NCBI GenBank assembly: GCA_036550475.1
Contig: JAXKGH010000062.1
Location: 13,835-77,834 of the forward strand
Length of the DNA stretch: 64,000 bases
DNA from: Collinsella sp.
Lineage (GTDB): Bacteria > Actinomycetota > Coriobacteriia > Coriobacteriales > Coriobacteriaceae
Direction of reading: 5' to 3'
Shown here piece after piece: positions 19,671-29,611 of the stretch. The translations under genes and the position numbers were made by a program. Below the pieces are notes generated by a model. The model was not told the origin of the DNA. It was given only the letters and a program-made list of their open reading frames with translations, and searched no databases. Every line of letters starts with the position of its first letter. The stretch's first letter is position 1.

Positions 19671-20380
19671 AGACCGATGCCCGCGACCGCGTAATCGTCG
19701 CTCTCGACTGCGACCGCGAGCGTGCGCTCGAGCTCGCCCACGAGCTTTCGGGCCATGCCGCCTGGCTCAAGGTTGGCATGACGCTCTATTACGCTGAGGG
19801 CCCCGAGATCGTCAAGACCTTTAAGGACCTGGGCTTTAAGGTCTTCCTTGACCTCAAGTTCCATGATATTCCGCATCAGGTTCGCGGTGCCGCCCGTTCG
19901 GCCTCGCTTGCCGGTGCCGACCTGCTCTCGGTTCACGGCTTGGGTTCGGGCGCCATGCTCGCTGCCTGCCGCGAGGGTGCCGAGGAGGCGCGCGAGGACC
20001 GCGCCAAGCTCGTCGCCATCACCGTGCTCACGAGCATGAATCAGGATGCCTTGAGCGAGATCGGCGTCGAGTCGCCCGTGGCCGAGGAGGCCGCCCGCCT
20101 GGCAAAGCTCGCTCAGGCCAACGGCATCGATGGCATCGTGTGCTCGCCGATGGAGGCTCACGACATGCGTGAGCTGCTGGGCCCTGATGCCCTGATCGTG
20201 ACTCCGGGTGTGCGTCCGGTGGGTGCCGCCCTTGGTGACCAGTCCCGCGTGGCGACGCCTTCCCAGGCTATCGAGCGTGGCGCAAGCCACATTGTGGTGG
20301 GCCGTCCCATCACCGGTGCCGACGATCCGGTTGCCGCCTTTGACGCCATCGTCGCTGAGCTGGTCGAAAACGTCGCGTAA
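19664..20380 (+). CDS. pyrF: Orotidine-5'-phosphate decarboxylase
   Basis: VALD, FLDLKFHDIP, VTPGVRP and VVGRPI motifs. Confidence 0.97.
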   Translation: MLETDARDRVIVALDCDRERALELAHELSGHAAWLKVGMTLYYAEGPEIVKTFKDLGFKVFLDLKFHDIPHQVRGAARSASLAGADLLSVHGLGSGAMLAACREGAEEAREDRAKLVAITVLTSMNQDALSEIGVESPVAEEAARLAKLAQANGIDGIVCSPMEAHDMRELLGPDALIVTPGVRPVGAALGDQSRVATPSQAIERGASHIVVGRPITGADDPVAAFDAIVAELVENVA

Positions 20381-20619
20381 AAGATTCCCCTAAGTCACCA
20401 CTTTTGGGTTTCATTAGCACAAAATAGCCCCTGTGCCTGCGTAAACTTTCCCATCCTTTGTGTGGAATCGCAGGTCAGGGGCTTAACTTTGGGCGCAGTA
20501 TATTGCACTTTTTGCGGGTATCGTCTAACCTATGGAGCCGCGATTGGGCATTTTGTACGTTCTACGTGCTAAAATGCCAATTATTGAATCAGATATAACC
20601 CAACTATTTGGAGGTACGA

Positions 20620-20928
20620 ATGGCACTCCCTCAGCTTACCGATGAGCAGCGCAAGCAGGCTCTTGAGAAGGCTGCTGCCGCACGTCACGCCCGCGCTGAG
20701 CTTCGCGAGCAGATCAAGAAGGGCGAGAAGTCCCTCGAGTCCGTGCTCAACTCCGATGACCCCATCGCTTCCCGCATGAAGGTTTCCACCCTCATCGAGT
20801 CTCTTCCTGGTTATGGCAAGGCCAAGGCCGCCAAGATCATGGAGGAGCTTGGTATCTCCGCTACCCGTCGCGTCCAGGGCCTCGGCGTCCGTCAGCGCGA
20901 GCAGCTCCTCGAGCAGCTGACCAAATAA
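20620..20928 (+). CDS. mihF: Actinobacterial integration host factor (mIHF)
   Basis: MALPQLTDEQRKQALEKAAAAR, LIESLPGYGK and RRVQGLG motifs; pyrF-mihF-gmk-rpoZ synteny. Confidence 0.95.
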   Translation: MALPQLTDEQRKQALEKAAAARHARAELREQIKKGEKSLESVLNSDDPIASRMKVSTLIESLPGYGKAKAAKIMEELGISATRRVQGLGVRQREQLLEQLTK

Positions 20929-21498
20929 GTGAGCGCTCAGGATTCCAAGCTCTTTGTGATTTCTGGACCGTCAGGCGCAGGGAAGGGTACGCTCGTCACT
21001 CGTGTGCGCGAGCGCCGCTCGAACCTGGGCCTGACGGTTTCGGCTACCACGCGAGCACCACGCAAAGGTGAGGTCGACGGCGTCAACTACTTTTTTCTGA
21101 CGCGCGAGGAGTTCGACCGCCGCGTGGCAAACGGTGAGTTTGTTGAGTGGGCCGAGGTCCACGGTAACTGCTACGGCACGTTGGTGAGCGAGGTCACATC
21201 CAAGCTCGCCTCTGGCGCATCTCTGATTTTGGAGATCGATGTCCAGGGCGCCCTGCAGGTGAAGGAGCGTTTCCCCGAGGCCGTGCTGATCTTTATCAAG
21301 CCGCCTTCGCTTGAGGTGCTCCGCGAGCGTCTAGTCGGTCGCGGTACCGAGACGCCCGAGACGATTGAGCTGCGTATGGCAAACGCCGCCGATGAGCTTG
21401 CCCTTGCCGACCGCTACGACGAAGTCGTGGTAAATGACGATCTCGACCGCGCGACCGATGAGCTCGTTCGCGTTCTCGATATGCATGAAAGGATCTGA
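20929..21498 (+). CDS. gmk: Guanylate kinase
   Basis: SGPSGAGKGT, TTRAPRKGEVDGVNYFF and IDVQGA motifs. Confidence 0.97.
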   Translation: MSAQDSKLFVISGPSGAGKGTLVTRVRERRSNLGLTVSATTRAPRKGEVDGVNYFFLTREEFDRRVANGEFVEWAEVHGNCYGTLVSEVTSKLASGASLILEIDVQGALQVKERFPEAVLIFIKPPSLEVLRERLVGRGTETPETIELRMANAADELALADRYDEVVVNDDLDRATDELVRVLDMHERI

Positions 21499-21503
21499 GG
21501 TCC

Positions 21504-21785
21504 GTGTCCGTTGTAAAGCCTTGCATTGACGATCTTCTGGAGAAGACCGATCACAACCGCTTCCTGCTCGCTTCGCTTGCCTCCAAGCGCGCCTGCGACA
21601 TCAATAGCATGCTGCGTGGCCAGCACAACCGCGTGCTTGCCGTCCAGGATGTCGATGACATCACCATCGGGCTTTCCGGTGCCGACACCATCTCGATGGC
21701 TATGGACGAGATTGTCGACGGCGACATCTCTTACGACGAGGCCCGTTACGAGAAGGCGCTCGGCCACAAGGTTGCTGAAGCCTAA
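21504..21785 (+). CDS. rpoZ: RNA polymerase omega subunit
   Basis: PCIDDLL..NRFLLASLASKRA, ISMAMDEI; follows gmk. Confidence 0.88.
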   Translation: MSVVKPCIDDLLEKTDHNRFLLASLASKRACDINSMLRGQHNRVLAVQDVDDITIGLSGADTISMAMDEIVDGDISYDEARYEKALGHKVAEA

Positions 21786-23030
21786 ATGGCGGCTCGCGTC
21801 TGCCTGGTCCACTATCACGAGGTTGGACTGAAGGGTAAGAACCGCGCACATTTTGAGCATATCCTCATGGACAACATCAAGGCGGCCTTGGCCGCCTTTT
21901 CCGTGAATGCCGTGTCTCGAATTTCCGGTTATATCCTCGTGACCTTTAACGAGCATCAGGCCGACGAGGCGGCGCGTGTCATTCGCACCGTTCCCGGCGT
22001 TGCTCGCGTGTCTTTGGCGTATCACACCAATCGCGACCCTCAGGAGTACTGTGCCGCCGCCGTGAAGGCGCTGCGCGAGTTTGGTTCCTTCGATTCGTTT
22101 AAGGTGCACGCCAAGCGCTCCAATACCGACTATGAGCTCACCTCGATTGACATCAACCGTCAGGTGGGCGAGGTGTTGTGTGAGGCCTTCCCCGATAAAA
22201 AGGTTCAAATGCACGACCCCGATGCGATGGTGCACGTACTGGTGGTCCAGGGTAGCGTTTATGTGTACGCGCGCTCCGAGCGCGGCGTGGGCGGTCTGCC
22301 GGTGGGATCTGCCGGCAAGGTCGTGACGCTGCTGTCGTCGGGCATCGATTCTCCGGTAGCGACCTGGATGCTCGCGCGTCGCGGCGCGGTGTGCGTGCCG
22401 GTACATTTCTCCGGTCGTCCGCAGACGCCCGACACGAGCGAGTATTTGGTGCAGGACATCATCCGTGCGCTTGAGCCGGGTGTCCAGATCGGCCGCCTGT
22501 ACGTGGTGCCGTTTGGCGACTGCCAGCGTGAGATTTCGGTCACCTGTCCCAGCAACCTGCGCGTGATCATGTATCGCCGCATTATGTATTCGGTTGCCGA
22601 GCGCATTGCACACATCGAGGGCGCCAAGGCCATCGTGACGGGCGAATCGCTTGGACAGGTTGCCTCCCAAACGCTTGAGAATATCATGGCCGTCAACGAG
22701 GCCGTGAAGATCCCCGTGTTCCGTCCTCTCATCGGTTCGGACAAGCAGGAGATCATCGCGCGCGCCGAGGAGATCGGCACGTTCGATATCTCGACTGAGG
22801 CCGCTCCCGACTGCTGCACGCTGTTTATGCCGCGTCGTCCCGAGACGCACGCTAAACTCGATGCCGTGCATGAGGCCTGGGAGTTGTTCGATCACGAGGA
22901 GATGATCGAGCGCCTACTCAAGCAGACCGAGTACATCGACTTCGAAAGCAACACGTATAAGGCCCCTAAGACCTTAAAACGCAAACATTCGGAGCTTGCT
23001 CCGCGTGAGATTTACCAAGATCACGAGTAA
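21786..23030 (+). CDS. thiI: tRNA 4-thiouridine synthase ThiI (no rhodanese domain)
   Basis: EVGLKGKNR, THUMP region, GGLPVG, LLSSGIDSPVA, GESLGQVASQT and DCC motifs. Confidence 0.95.
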   Translation: MAARVCLVHYHEVGLKGKNRAHFEHILMDNIKAALAAFSVNAVSRISGYILVTFNEHQADEAARVIRTVPGVARVSLAYHTNRDPQEYCAAAVKALREFGSFDSFKVHAKRSNTDYELTSIDINRQVGEVLCEAFPDKKVQMHDPDAMVHVLVVQGSVYVYARSERGVGGLPVGSAGKVVTLLSSGIDSPVATWMLARRGAVCVPVHFSGRPQTPDTSEYLVQDIIRALEPGVQIGRLYVVPFGDCQREISVTCPSNLRVIMYRRIMYSVAERIAHIEGAKAIVTGESLGQVASQTLENIMAVNEAVKIPVFRPLIGSDKQEIIARAEEIGTFDISTEAAPDCCTLFMPRRPETHAKLDAVHEAWELFDHEEMIERLLKQTEYIDFESNTYKAPKTLKRKHSELAPREIYQDHE

Positions 23031-23040
23031 ACTTGTGCAT

Positions 23041-23073
23041 AGACCGACGATGCTCTTGCATCGTCGGTCTTTT
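23041..23073 (+). terminator. Intrinsic terminator after thiI
   Basis: AGACCGACGATGC/GCATCGTCGGTCT stem followed by TTT. Confidence 0.8.
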
Positions 23074-23243
23074 GCTATCTGGGCATTTTGCGGCTAAGTG
23101 TTCATTTGCTGACGTGTGCCTGAATAAATGGACAGATTTGTGCAAGGTTTTGGTCAGCTTTTGGTTTGACCGCGAAAACCGGTTTTGGGGCGTGGCTGTT
23201 GCGGAACTCCTTTCCTGACACGATGTTGTTGGGAGGTTTTGCT

Positions 23244-23957
23244 ATGGCGCAGCGCGAACAACACGAACGGGTCAAACGGATGGACCGCTTGGCGGACAAG
23301 CTGCTCGGTCATAAGGCAGTGGTGATGGCGATACTGGTCGTCATTGCGATGGCGAGTGGACTGGCGATGGCGAACCTTAGCGGCGGTGCCGGCGGCGTGT
23401 CGTTTGAGCACACTGATGGTTTGGGCTCGTTGGTGGAGCCGGGATCCGGCGATGCCTCGAGCGGAAAGATATCCGAAGGCTCTTCGCCTAAGGCGTCTGC
23501 CGCGGCAGAGGTCTATGTCGATGTTGATGGCGCCGTTGTGTCGCCCGGTGTATATCGCCTCAAGGACGGCGCGCGGGTGGCTCAGGCGATTGATGCCGCC
23601 GGCGGGCTGGTGCCCGAGGCGGACGTTACGGGGCTCAATCGGGCATCCAAGGTCACTGATGGACAAAAAATCCACGTTCCAACGGTAGGGGAGCAGCAGG
23701 CGTCCATTGCGGAAGCCGATGTTGATGGTGGGGCTTCCGCGTCATCGGGCGTGAGTGGCGCAACAGGTCTAGTAAACATCAATACGGCAAGCGCGGCAGA
23801 GTTGCAGACGCTCTCGGGCATCGGTCCCTCCATGGCCCAGTCGATTATCGATGAACGGACAAAGAACGGTGCTTTTGCCTCGGTTGACGATCTGATGCGT
23901 GTGTCGGGAATCGGCGAGAAGAAGCTTGCCAAAATCAAAGATTGCATCTGCGTATGA
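23244..23957 (+). CDS. comEA: ComEA family DNA-binding competence protein
   Basis: N-terminal TM, SLBB (VDVDGAVVSPGVY), HhH (VNINTASAAELQTLSGIGPSMA, VSGIGEK); GGGAGG RBS. Confidence 0.95.
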   Translation: MAQREQHERVKRMDRLADKLLGHKAVVMAILVVIAMASGLAMANLSGGAGGVSFEHTDGLGSLVEPGSGDASSGKISEGSSPKASAAAEVYVDVDGAVVSPGVYRLKDGARVAQAIDAAGGLVPEADVTGLNRASKVTDGQKIHVPTVGEQQASIAEADVDGGASASSGVSGATGLVNINTASAAELQTLSGIGPSMAQSIIDERTKNGAFASVDDLMRVSGIGEKKLAKIKDCICV

Positions 23958-26257
23958 GTGCGACCGAGCGCGAGCGTGTGATGCCTCCGCGGCCCCTGCT
24001 TCCGTGGACGATGGCCTTGTGTGCCGGCATGTGCATGAGCTGCGCCTTGGTGCTTAACGTGGCCGCTGATGCGCTGCTGAGGGAGCGGGCGCCGGCGGTC
24101 GGGCTGCTATGGGCCATTCCCGTTGCGGCGGCGGTATTCGTTGTGCTGGCTCAATCTTGTGCGCGGCTTGCCCCTTTGAAGCGGTGGTTGTATGCCGCGT
24201 CCGTCGGTCTCGTGGCGGGAGCGGTCGTCTCGGCGTGGTGGGCTGTGGGTGCGCTCAGCGCCTCGAAGGCGCTCGACGGTCGAGCGGCAAGCGGCCTCGA
24301 GTTTATCGTGCAGGGCGATCCATCCATAAACGACGACGTGTATTCCTATACCTGCGAGGCACGCGCGGACGGTAAGAACTTGGCAACGGTTCGCCTATCG
24401 TGCGACCGCGAGCTCAAGGTCGGGGCGCACGTGCGTGTTATCGGTCGCGTTTCACGTTTTGAGAACGATGCGTATGGACGATCGCGCGTGCTCCGAGGCG
24501 AGATGCGCAAGGTTAAAGTCGTTCGGATTGTGTCGGCCGATGAGGGCTCTCCGGGACCGCTGCTTCGGCTGCGATATGGGCTGCTTGCGTCCATCGCGCC
24601 TGCGACCGACCCGGCGCGTGCACTCATAGCCGGTGTCGTCTGCGGTCGTTCGGCCGAACTGCGCGCCCAGCCGGCGGGCGACTGGTTTTCGGTAACGGGA
24701 ACGGCGCATCTTATCGCCGTCTCGGGCAGCCATTTGGCTATCGTGGGATTTGTAATCGAGGGTGTATTGCAAAAGACTCGCTGCTCACGTGGTGTTCAGC
24801 GGGCGATATTGGCGATGGCGCTTGTGGGCTACACTGCCTCTACGGGCGCGTCTCCCTCGGCCGTGCGCGCGTGCTGCATGGTGTTCGCGACGCTTGTCGT
24901 AAACGGCGCGGGGCGTCGCCGGCACGGCGCATCGGCACTCTTCGTAACCATGTCCATCTTTGTGCTACTGCGGCCGACGGTGCTGTTCGAGATGGGCTTT
25001 CAGCTCTCGTGTGCCAGCGTCTTTGCCATTCTGTGCTTTTGCCCCTATGCGACCTACACTTTGGGTGAGCTGAGTGTGCCATCGGGCGTTGCAAGCATGC
25101 TTTCCGTCACGCTGTGCTCGCAACTGGCGACTCTTCCCATTACCATTCCCGCCTTCGGTACGTTCTCGCTCATTGCTCCGTTGGCAAATGCGGTCATCGG
25201 TCCGGTGGTGAGCGTACTGCTTGCTGTGTCCATCGTGCTGGTTCCCTTTTCGCTCGTGGCACCGTTGCGGACTTGGGCGCTCGTTGTGCCCATGATTGCC
25301 GCCCGTTGCGCGCTGTTTTTCGAGCAGCTGTTTGCCGCCGTGCCGGGTGCATCCGTGAGTGTGCCGCCCGATAGCATGTGGATTTACCTAGTGCCGTGTT
25401 TGCTGGCGGTTCTGCTGGTCTGGTGGCCGCGTCCCCGTGCACGTCCTATGGCGGTGGGGCTTGCATGCCTGGTGCTCTTGGCTGCGATTCCGTACGCCTA
25501 CTGGGATCGATTCGCTCCGCCTTCGGTGACGGTGCTCGATGTGGGCCAGGCGGATGCGATTCTTATCCGCCAGGGCGACGCAGTAGCACTCGTCGACTGC
25601 GGGCTCGACGAGCGCGTGGTAGCGGCGTTGGTTCGCAATAACGTGCACCATATCGATGCCGTCTTTGTGACGCATTGGGATGAGGACCACTGGGGTGGTC
25701 TGCCTGCCGTGCTCGAGCAGTTTTCGGTCGGAACGATTGCCGTGGCGGCGGATGCGCTGGAGGATGCTCCTGCCGAGGTATTGAACCGACCTGGCGTGGA
25801 GTATCGGCAGGTGCGCCGTGGGGATACGGTCGATATCGGCTCATTTTGCGCCCGCGTGATGTGGCCATTCGAGTCCGTGGATGGCGAGGGAAATGAGGAC
25901 TCGCTTGTCCTGCTGCTCTTTTATGTTCAGGAAGACAAGGGCCTGCGTATGCTCCTCACCGGCGATGCCGAGCTCGACCAAGAACGGGAATTCGTGCAGG
26001 AGGTGGGGGATATCGATGTACTTAAACTTGGGCATCACGGCTCTAAGGTTTCGGTCGATGGTGAGTTGCTGGACGTCTTGAAGCCTGAGCTTTCCCTCGC
26101 GAGCGCGGGCGAGGGGAATCGATACGGCCATCCGTCCGATGCCTGCATCGATGCCGTTAAGGAAGCGGGCGGTGTGTTCGCGTGCACTATCGAACACGGC
26201 GATATCACCATCACGCCGACCGCGAAGGGCTTTACGATGCGATGCCAGCGACCGTGA
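23954..26257 (+). CDS. comEC: ComEC/Rec2 DNA uptake channel with metallo-beta-lactamase domain
   Basis: HLIAVSGSH, GFQLS, LDVGQAD, THWDEDHWGG, LLTGD, GHHGS and NRYGHP motifs; ATGA overlap with comEA. Confidence 0.95.
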   Translation: MSATERERVMPPRPLLPWTMALCAGMCMSCALVLNVAADALLRERAPAVGLLWAIPVAAAVFVVLAQSCARLAPLKRWLYAASVGLVAGAVVSAWWAVGALSASKALDGRAASGLEFIVQGDPSINDDVYSYTCEARADGKNLATVRLSCDRELKVGAHVRVIGRVSRFENDAYGRSRVLRGEMRKVKVVRIVSADEGSPGPLLRLRYGLLASIAPATDPARALIAGVVCGRSAELRAQPAGDWFSVTGTAHLIAVSGSHLAIVGFVIEGVLQKTRCSRGVQRAILAMALVGYTASTGASPSAVRACCMVFATLVVNGAGRRRHGASALFVTMSIFVLLRPTVLFEMGFQLSCASVFAILCFCPYATYTLGELSVPSGVASMLSVTLCSQLATLPITIPAFGTFSLIAPLANAVIGPVVSVLLAVSIVLVPFSLVAPLRTWALVVPMIAARCALFFEQLFAAVPGASVSVPPDSMWIYLVPCLLAVLLVWWPRPRARPMAVGLACLVLLAAIPYAYWDRFAPPSVTVLDVGQADAILIRQGDAVALVDCGLDERVVAALVRNNVHHIDAVFVTHWDEDHWGGLPAVLEQFSVGTIAVAADALEDAPAEVLNRPGVEYRQVRRGDTVDIGSFCARVMWPFESVDGEGNEDSLVLLLFYVQEDKGLRMLLTGDAELDQEREFVQEVGDIDVLKLGHHGSKVSVDGELLDVLKPELSLASAGEGNRYGHPSDACIDAVKEAGGVFACTIEHGDITITPTAKGFTMRCQRP

Positions 26258-26335
26258 CGACGTCGTTGGCGTGTGGTGGGCCCCTGGGCTAGAATGGCAC
26301 GGAACGAATACGAAGGCCTGCGGGAGGGGAGCGCA

Positions 26336-27298
26336 ATGTCCGAAATCGGTCTGCTGCCGGCATATCTGATCGTCGGTACCGACGGCGTCAAGCGCGATCA
26401 CGCCGTCTCGCGTATGAAAGCGCGTCTGGAAAAGACGGGCATGGTCGAGTTCAACCTCGACGAGCGCGATATGACCAAAGACCCCGATATCGAGTCGATT
26501 ATCGGATCGCTCAACACCTTTCCCATGGGCAGCGAGTTTCGCCTGGTAATCCTTGACGGCTGCTCAAAACTCGCCAAAGCGATCTCCGAGCCGCTTGTTG
26601 ACTATCTGGCGAGTCCCAGCCCCACAACGGTCTGCCTCATCATTGCTGACTCGCTTGCCAAGAACACACGCCTGTATAAGGCGATCGCCAAGATCGACAA
26701 GAAGGCCGTGATCGATTGCTCCGGCACCAAGCGCTGGGAGCTTCCGCGCCGCGTGCAGCAGATGGCGACGCAGCACGGCAAGTCGATCTCGACGGCGGCC
26801 GCCGAGGAGCTCGTCTCGCGTTCGGGTGAAAACACGCGCATGCTCGATAACGACTTGGCTAAGCTTGCCCAGATGGTCGAGGCGCCCCAAATTGAGCTTG
26901 CCGATGTGGAGCGCTGGATTGTACGTACGGCCGAGGTCCAGCCCTGGGACTTTCTCAATGCGGTCTCGGCCCGTGACATGCGACGCTCGCTTGAGCTTTT
27001 CAATCTATTGCCCGCCAAGAGCTACGTGTGGACTTACACGTTGCTGTGCGGCCGCATCCGCGAGCTTATCGTCGCCAAGGCGCTCGATGCGCGCGGACAG
27101 GGTCGTGAGCTGGCCGCAACGCTCAAGCTCCAGTCCTGGCAGGTCAAGAATCACCTGACCTGGGCACGTCGCTTTTCGATGGCAGAGCTCGTCGCAGCGC
27201 TCGAGGGTGCCGTTGATGTGGAGCTCGCGCTCAAGGGTTCGGCCGATTCTGAGACCGCGCTTTTGCTCTGGATTACGAACATCTTGAGAAAATCGTGA
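26336..27298 (+). CDS. holA: DNA polymerase III delta subunit
   Basis: PAYLIVG, RLVIL and NDLAKL segments; comEC-holA-rpsT synteny. Confidence 0.9.
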   Translation: MSEIGLLPAYLIVGTDGVKRDHAVSRMKARLEKTGMVEFNLDERDMTKDPDIESIIGSLNTFPMGSEFRLVILDGCSKLAKAISEPLVDYLASPSPTTVCLIIADSLAKNTRLYKAIAKIDKKAVIDCSGTKRWELPRRVQQMATQHGKSISTAAAEELVSRSGENTRMLDNDLAKLAQMVEAPQIELADVERWIVRTAEVQPWDFLNAVSARDMRRSLELFNLLPAKSYVWTYTLLCGRIRELIVAKALDARGQGRELAATLKLQSWQVKNHLTWARRFSMAELVAALEGAVDVELALKGSADSETALLLWITNILRKS

Positions 27299-27431
27299 TG
27301 ATACCTGCTTATTTGACAAATTCGTTCTATCCCTTTGAGGGGGAGCGTGCTATAGTAGGCGCTTGCATGACCTCACCGTGTCTCAGAGGTGTCATACATT
27401 TTTTGCAAGGAACTCGAAAGGAACTCCAGAA

Positions 27432-27698
27432 GTGGCAAACATCAAGTCTCAGAAGAAGCGTATCCGCACCAATGAGGCAGCTCGCATGCGTAACAAGGCT
27501 GTCAAGTCCGAGCTCAAGACGCTGACCAAGCACGTCCAGTCCGCCGTCGCCGAGGGCGACGCCGAGAAGGCCCAGGCTGCCCTCAAGACCGTCACCAAGC
27601 GTCTCGACATGGCTGCCGCCAAGCATGTTATCCACAAGAACCAGGCTTCCAACCGCAAGTCCGGTCTTGCCAAGCTCGTGAACAGCATCAACGCTTAA
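27432..27698 (+). CDS. rpsT: 30S ribosomal protein S20
   Basis: (M)[44 protein letters not shown] start. Confidence 0.97.
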   Translation: MANIKSQKKRIRTNEAARMRNKAVKSELKTLTKHVQSAVAEGDAEKAQAALKTVTKRLDMAAAKHVIHKNQASNRKSGLAKLVNSINA

Positions 27699-27732
27699 GT
27701 TGTAAATTTCACACCACACAGATTACGCGCAT

Positions 27733-27770
27733 AAATGGAGCCTGTTTTTATGGAACAGGGTCCATTTTTT
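27733..27770 (+). terminator. Intrinsic terminator after rpsT
   Basis: ATGGAGCCTGTT/AACAGGGTCCAT stem followed by a T run. Confidence 0.8.
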
Positions 27771-27795
27771 GTACCGCTCGGGTAAGATAGTCCGC

Positions 27796-29607
27796 ATGAA
27801 TACTTCAATTGACATTTCCCACATCCGCAACTTCTCGATTGTTGCGCACATCGACCATGGCAAGTCCACGATCAGTGACCGCATTCTCGAGCTCACCCAT
27901 ACCGTCGACGAGCGCGACATGGAGTCGCAGCTGCTCGACACCATGGATATCGAGCGCGAGCGCGGCATCACGATCAAGTCCAATGCCGTTCGCGTGTCTT
28001 ATGACGCCGACGATGGCGAGACGTATCAGTTCAATTTGATCGATACGCCGGGCCACGTGGACTTTACCTATGAGGTCTCGCGCTCGCTGGCAGCCTGTGA
28101 GGGCGCGGTGCTCGTTGTCGACGCCACGCAGGGCGTCGAGGCGCAGACCGTCTCTAACGCGACGCTCGCCATGAACGCCAATCTGGACATTGTGCCGGCC
28201 ATCAACAAGATCGACCTGCCCTCGGCCCATCCCGATGAGGTTAAGACCGAGATCGAGGATGACCTGGCGATCCCTGCCGATGATGCCGTGTGTGTCTCGG
28301 GCAAGACCGGCGAGGGCATCCACGATCTGCTGGAGTCCATTGTCTTTCTGATCTCTCCGCCCAAGGGCGATGCGAACGCGCCGCTCAAGGCACTCATTCT
28401 GGATTCATACTTCGACGAGTATCGTGGCGTCGTCGCCACGGTGCGCATCTTTGACGGCTCCATCAAAAAGGGCGATACCTTGCGCATGATGCAGGCAAAG
28501 GGCGACTTTTTGGTCGATGGCGTGGGCGTCAAGCGTCCCGCCGAGACCCCGGTTGACGCGCTGACGGTCGGCGAGGTCGGATACGTGGTCACGGGCCTGA
28601 AGGATCCCGAGGCCGTTCGCGTGGGCGATACCCTCACGTGGGCGTCGAATCCCTGCCCCGAGCCGCTTCCCGGCTACCGCGAGGCCAAGCCCATGGTCTA
28701 TACGGGCCTGTTCCCGATCGATAACAAGGACTACGAGAACCTGCGTGACGCGCTCGATAAGCTGCACGTCAACGACCCGTCGTTGGTGTGGGAGCCCGAG
28801 ACCTCGGTGGCGCTCGGTTTTGGCTTCCGCGTGGGCTTCCTGGGCCTGCTGCACATGGAAGTCGTCAAGGAACGCCTGGAGCGCGAGTTCAATCTTGACC
28901 TCATTGCCACGAGTCCATCGGTCGACTATCACGTCTACAAGACTGACGGCGAGATGATTGATGTCCGCAGCCCGCAGGATCTGCCCGAGGCTACGCGCAT
29001 CGAGCGCATTGAGGAGCCCTACCTCAAGGCCAAGATTATCTGCCCGCCCGAGTATACGGGTGCCGTTATGCAGCTCGCTATCGAGCACCGCGGCATTACT
29101 ACCGACATGATCCATCTCACGAGCAAGTCGGTCGAGATGCGCTTCGATATGCCGCTCGCCGAGCTCATCTTGGACTTCTTTGACCAGCTCAAGAGCCGCA
29201 CCAAGGGTTACGCTTCGTTGGACTACGAGTTCAACGAGTACCGTCCCTCCGAGCTCGTTAAGCTTGATATCTTGCTTTCGGGCGACGAGGTGGACGCGCT
29301 GTCGTTTATCGTCCACAAGGACAAGGCCTACGGTCTTGCCCGTGGTCTGTGCGACAAACTTAAGGAGATCATCCCGCGTCAGCTGTTCGAGGTTCCCATC
29401 CAGGGTGCTATCGGCAACAAAATCATCGCCCGTTCTACCGTCAAAGCGCGTCGCAAGGACGTTCTTGCTAAGTGCTACGGCGGCGATATCTCGCGTAAGC
29501 GCAAGCTGCTCGAGAAGCAGAAAGAGGGCAAGAAGCGCATGAAGGCCATCGGCTCGGTCGAGGTCCCGCAGGAGGCCTTTATGGCGATCCTCAAGGTGGA
29601 CGAGTAG
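27796..29607 (+). CDS. lepA: Translation elongation factor 4 (LepA)
   Basis: [24 protein letters not shown] and [18 protein letters not shown] motifs. Confidence 0.98.
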   Translation: MNTSIDISHIRNFSIVAHIDHGKSTISDRILELTHTVDERDMESQLLDTMDIERERGITIKSNAVRVSYDADDGETYQFNLIDTPGHVDFTYEVSRSLAACEGAVLVVDATQGVEAQTVSNATLAMNANLDIVPAINKIDLPSAHPDEVKTEIEDDLAIPADDAVCVSGKTGEGIHDLLESIVFLISPPKGDANAPLKALILDSYFDEYRGVVATVRIFDGSIKKGDTLRMMQAKGDFLVDGVGVKRPAETPVDALTVGEVGYVVTGLKDPEAVRVGDTLTWASNPCPEPLPGYREAKPMVYTGLFPIDNKDYENLRDALDKLHVNDPSLVWEPETSVALGFGFRVGFLGLLHMEVVKERLEREFNLDLIATSPSVDYHVYKTDGEMIDVRSPQDLPEATRIERIEEPYLKAKIICPPEYTGAVMQLAIEHRGITTDMIHLTSKSVEMRFDMPLAELILDFFDQLKSRTKGYASLDYEFNEYRPSELVKLDILLSGDEVDALSFIVHKDKAYGLARGLCDKLKEIIPRQLFEVPIQGAIGNKIIARSTVKARRKDVLAKCYGGDISRKRKLLEKQKEGKKRMKAIGSVEVPQEAFMAILKVDE

Positions 29608-29611
29608 GTCT

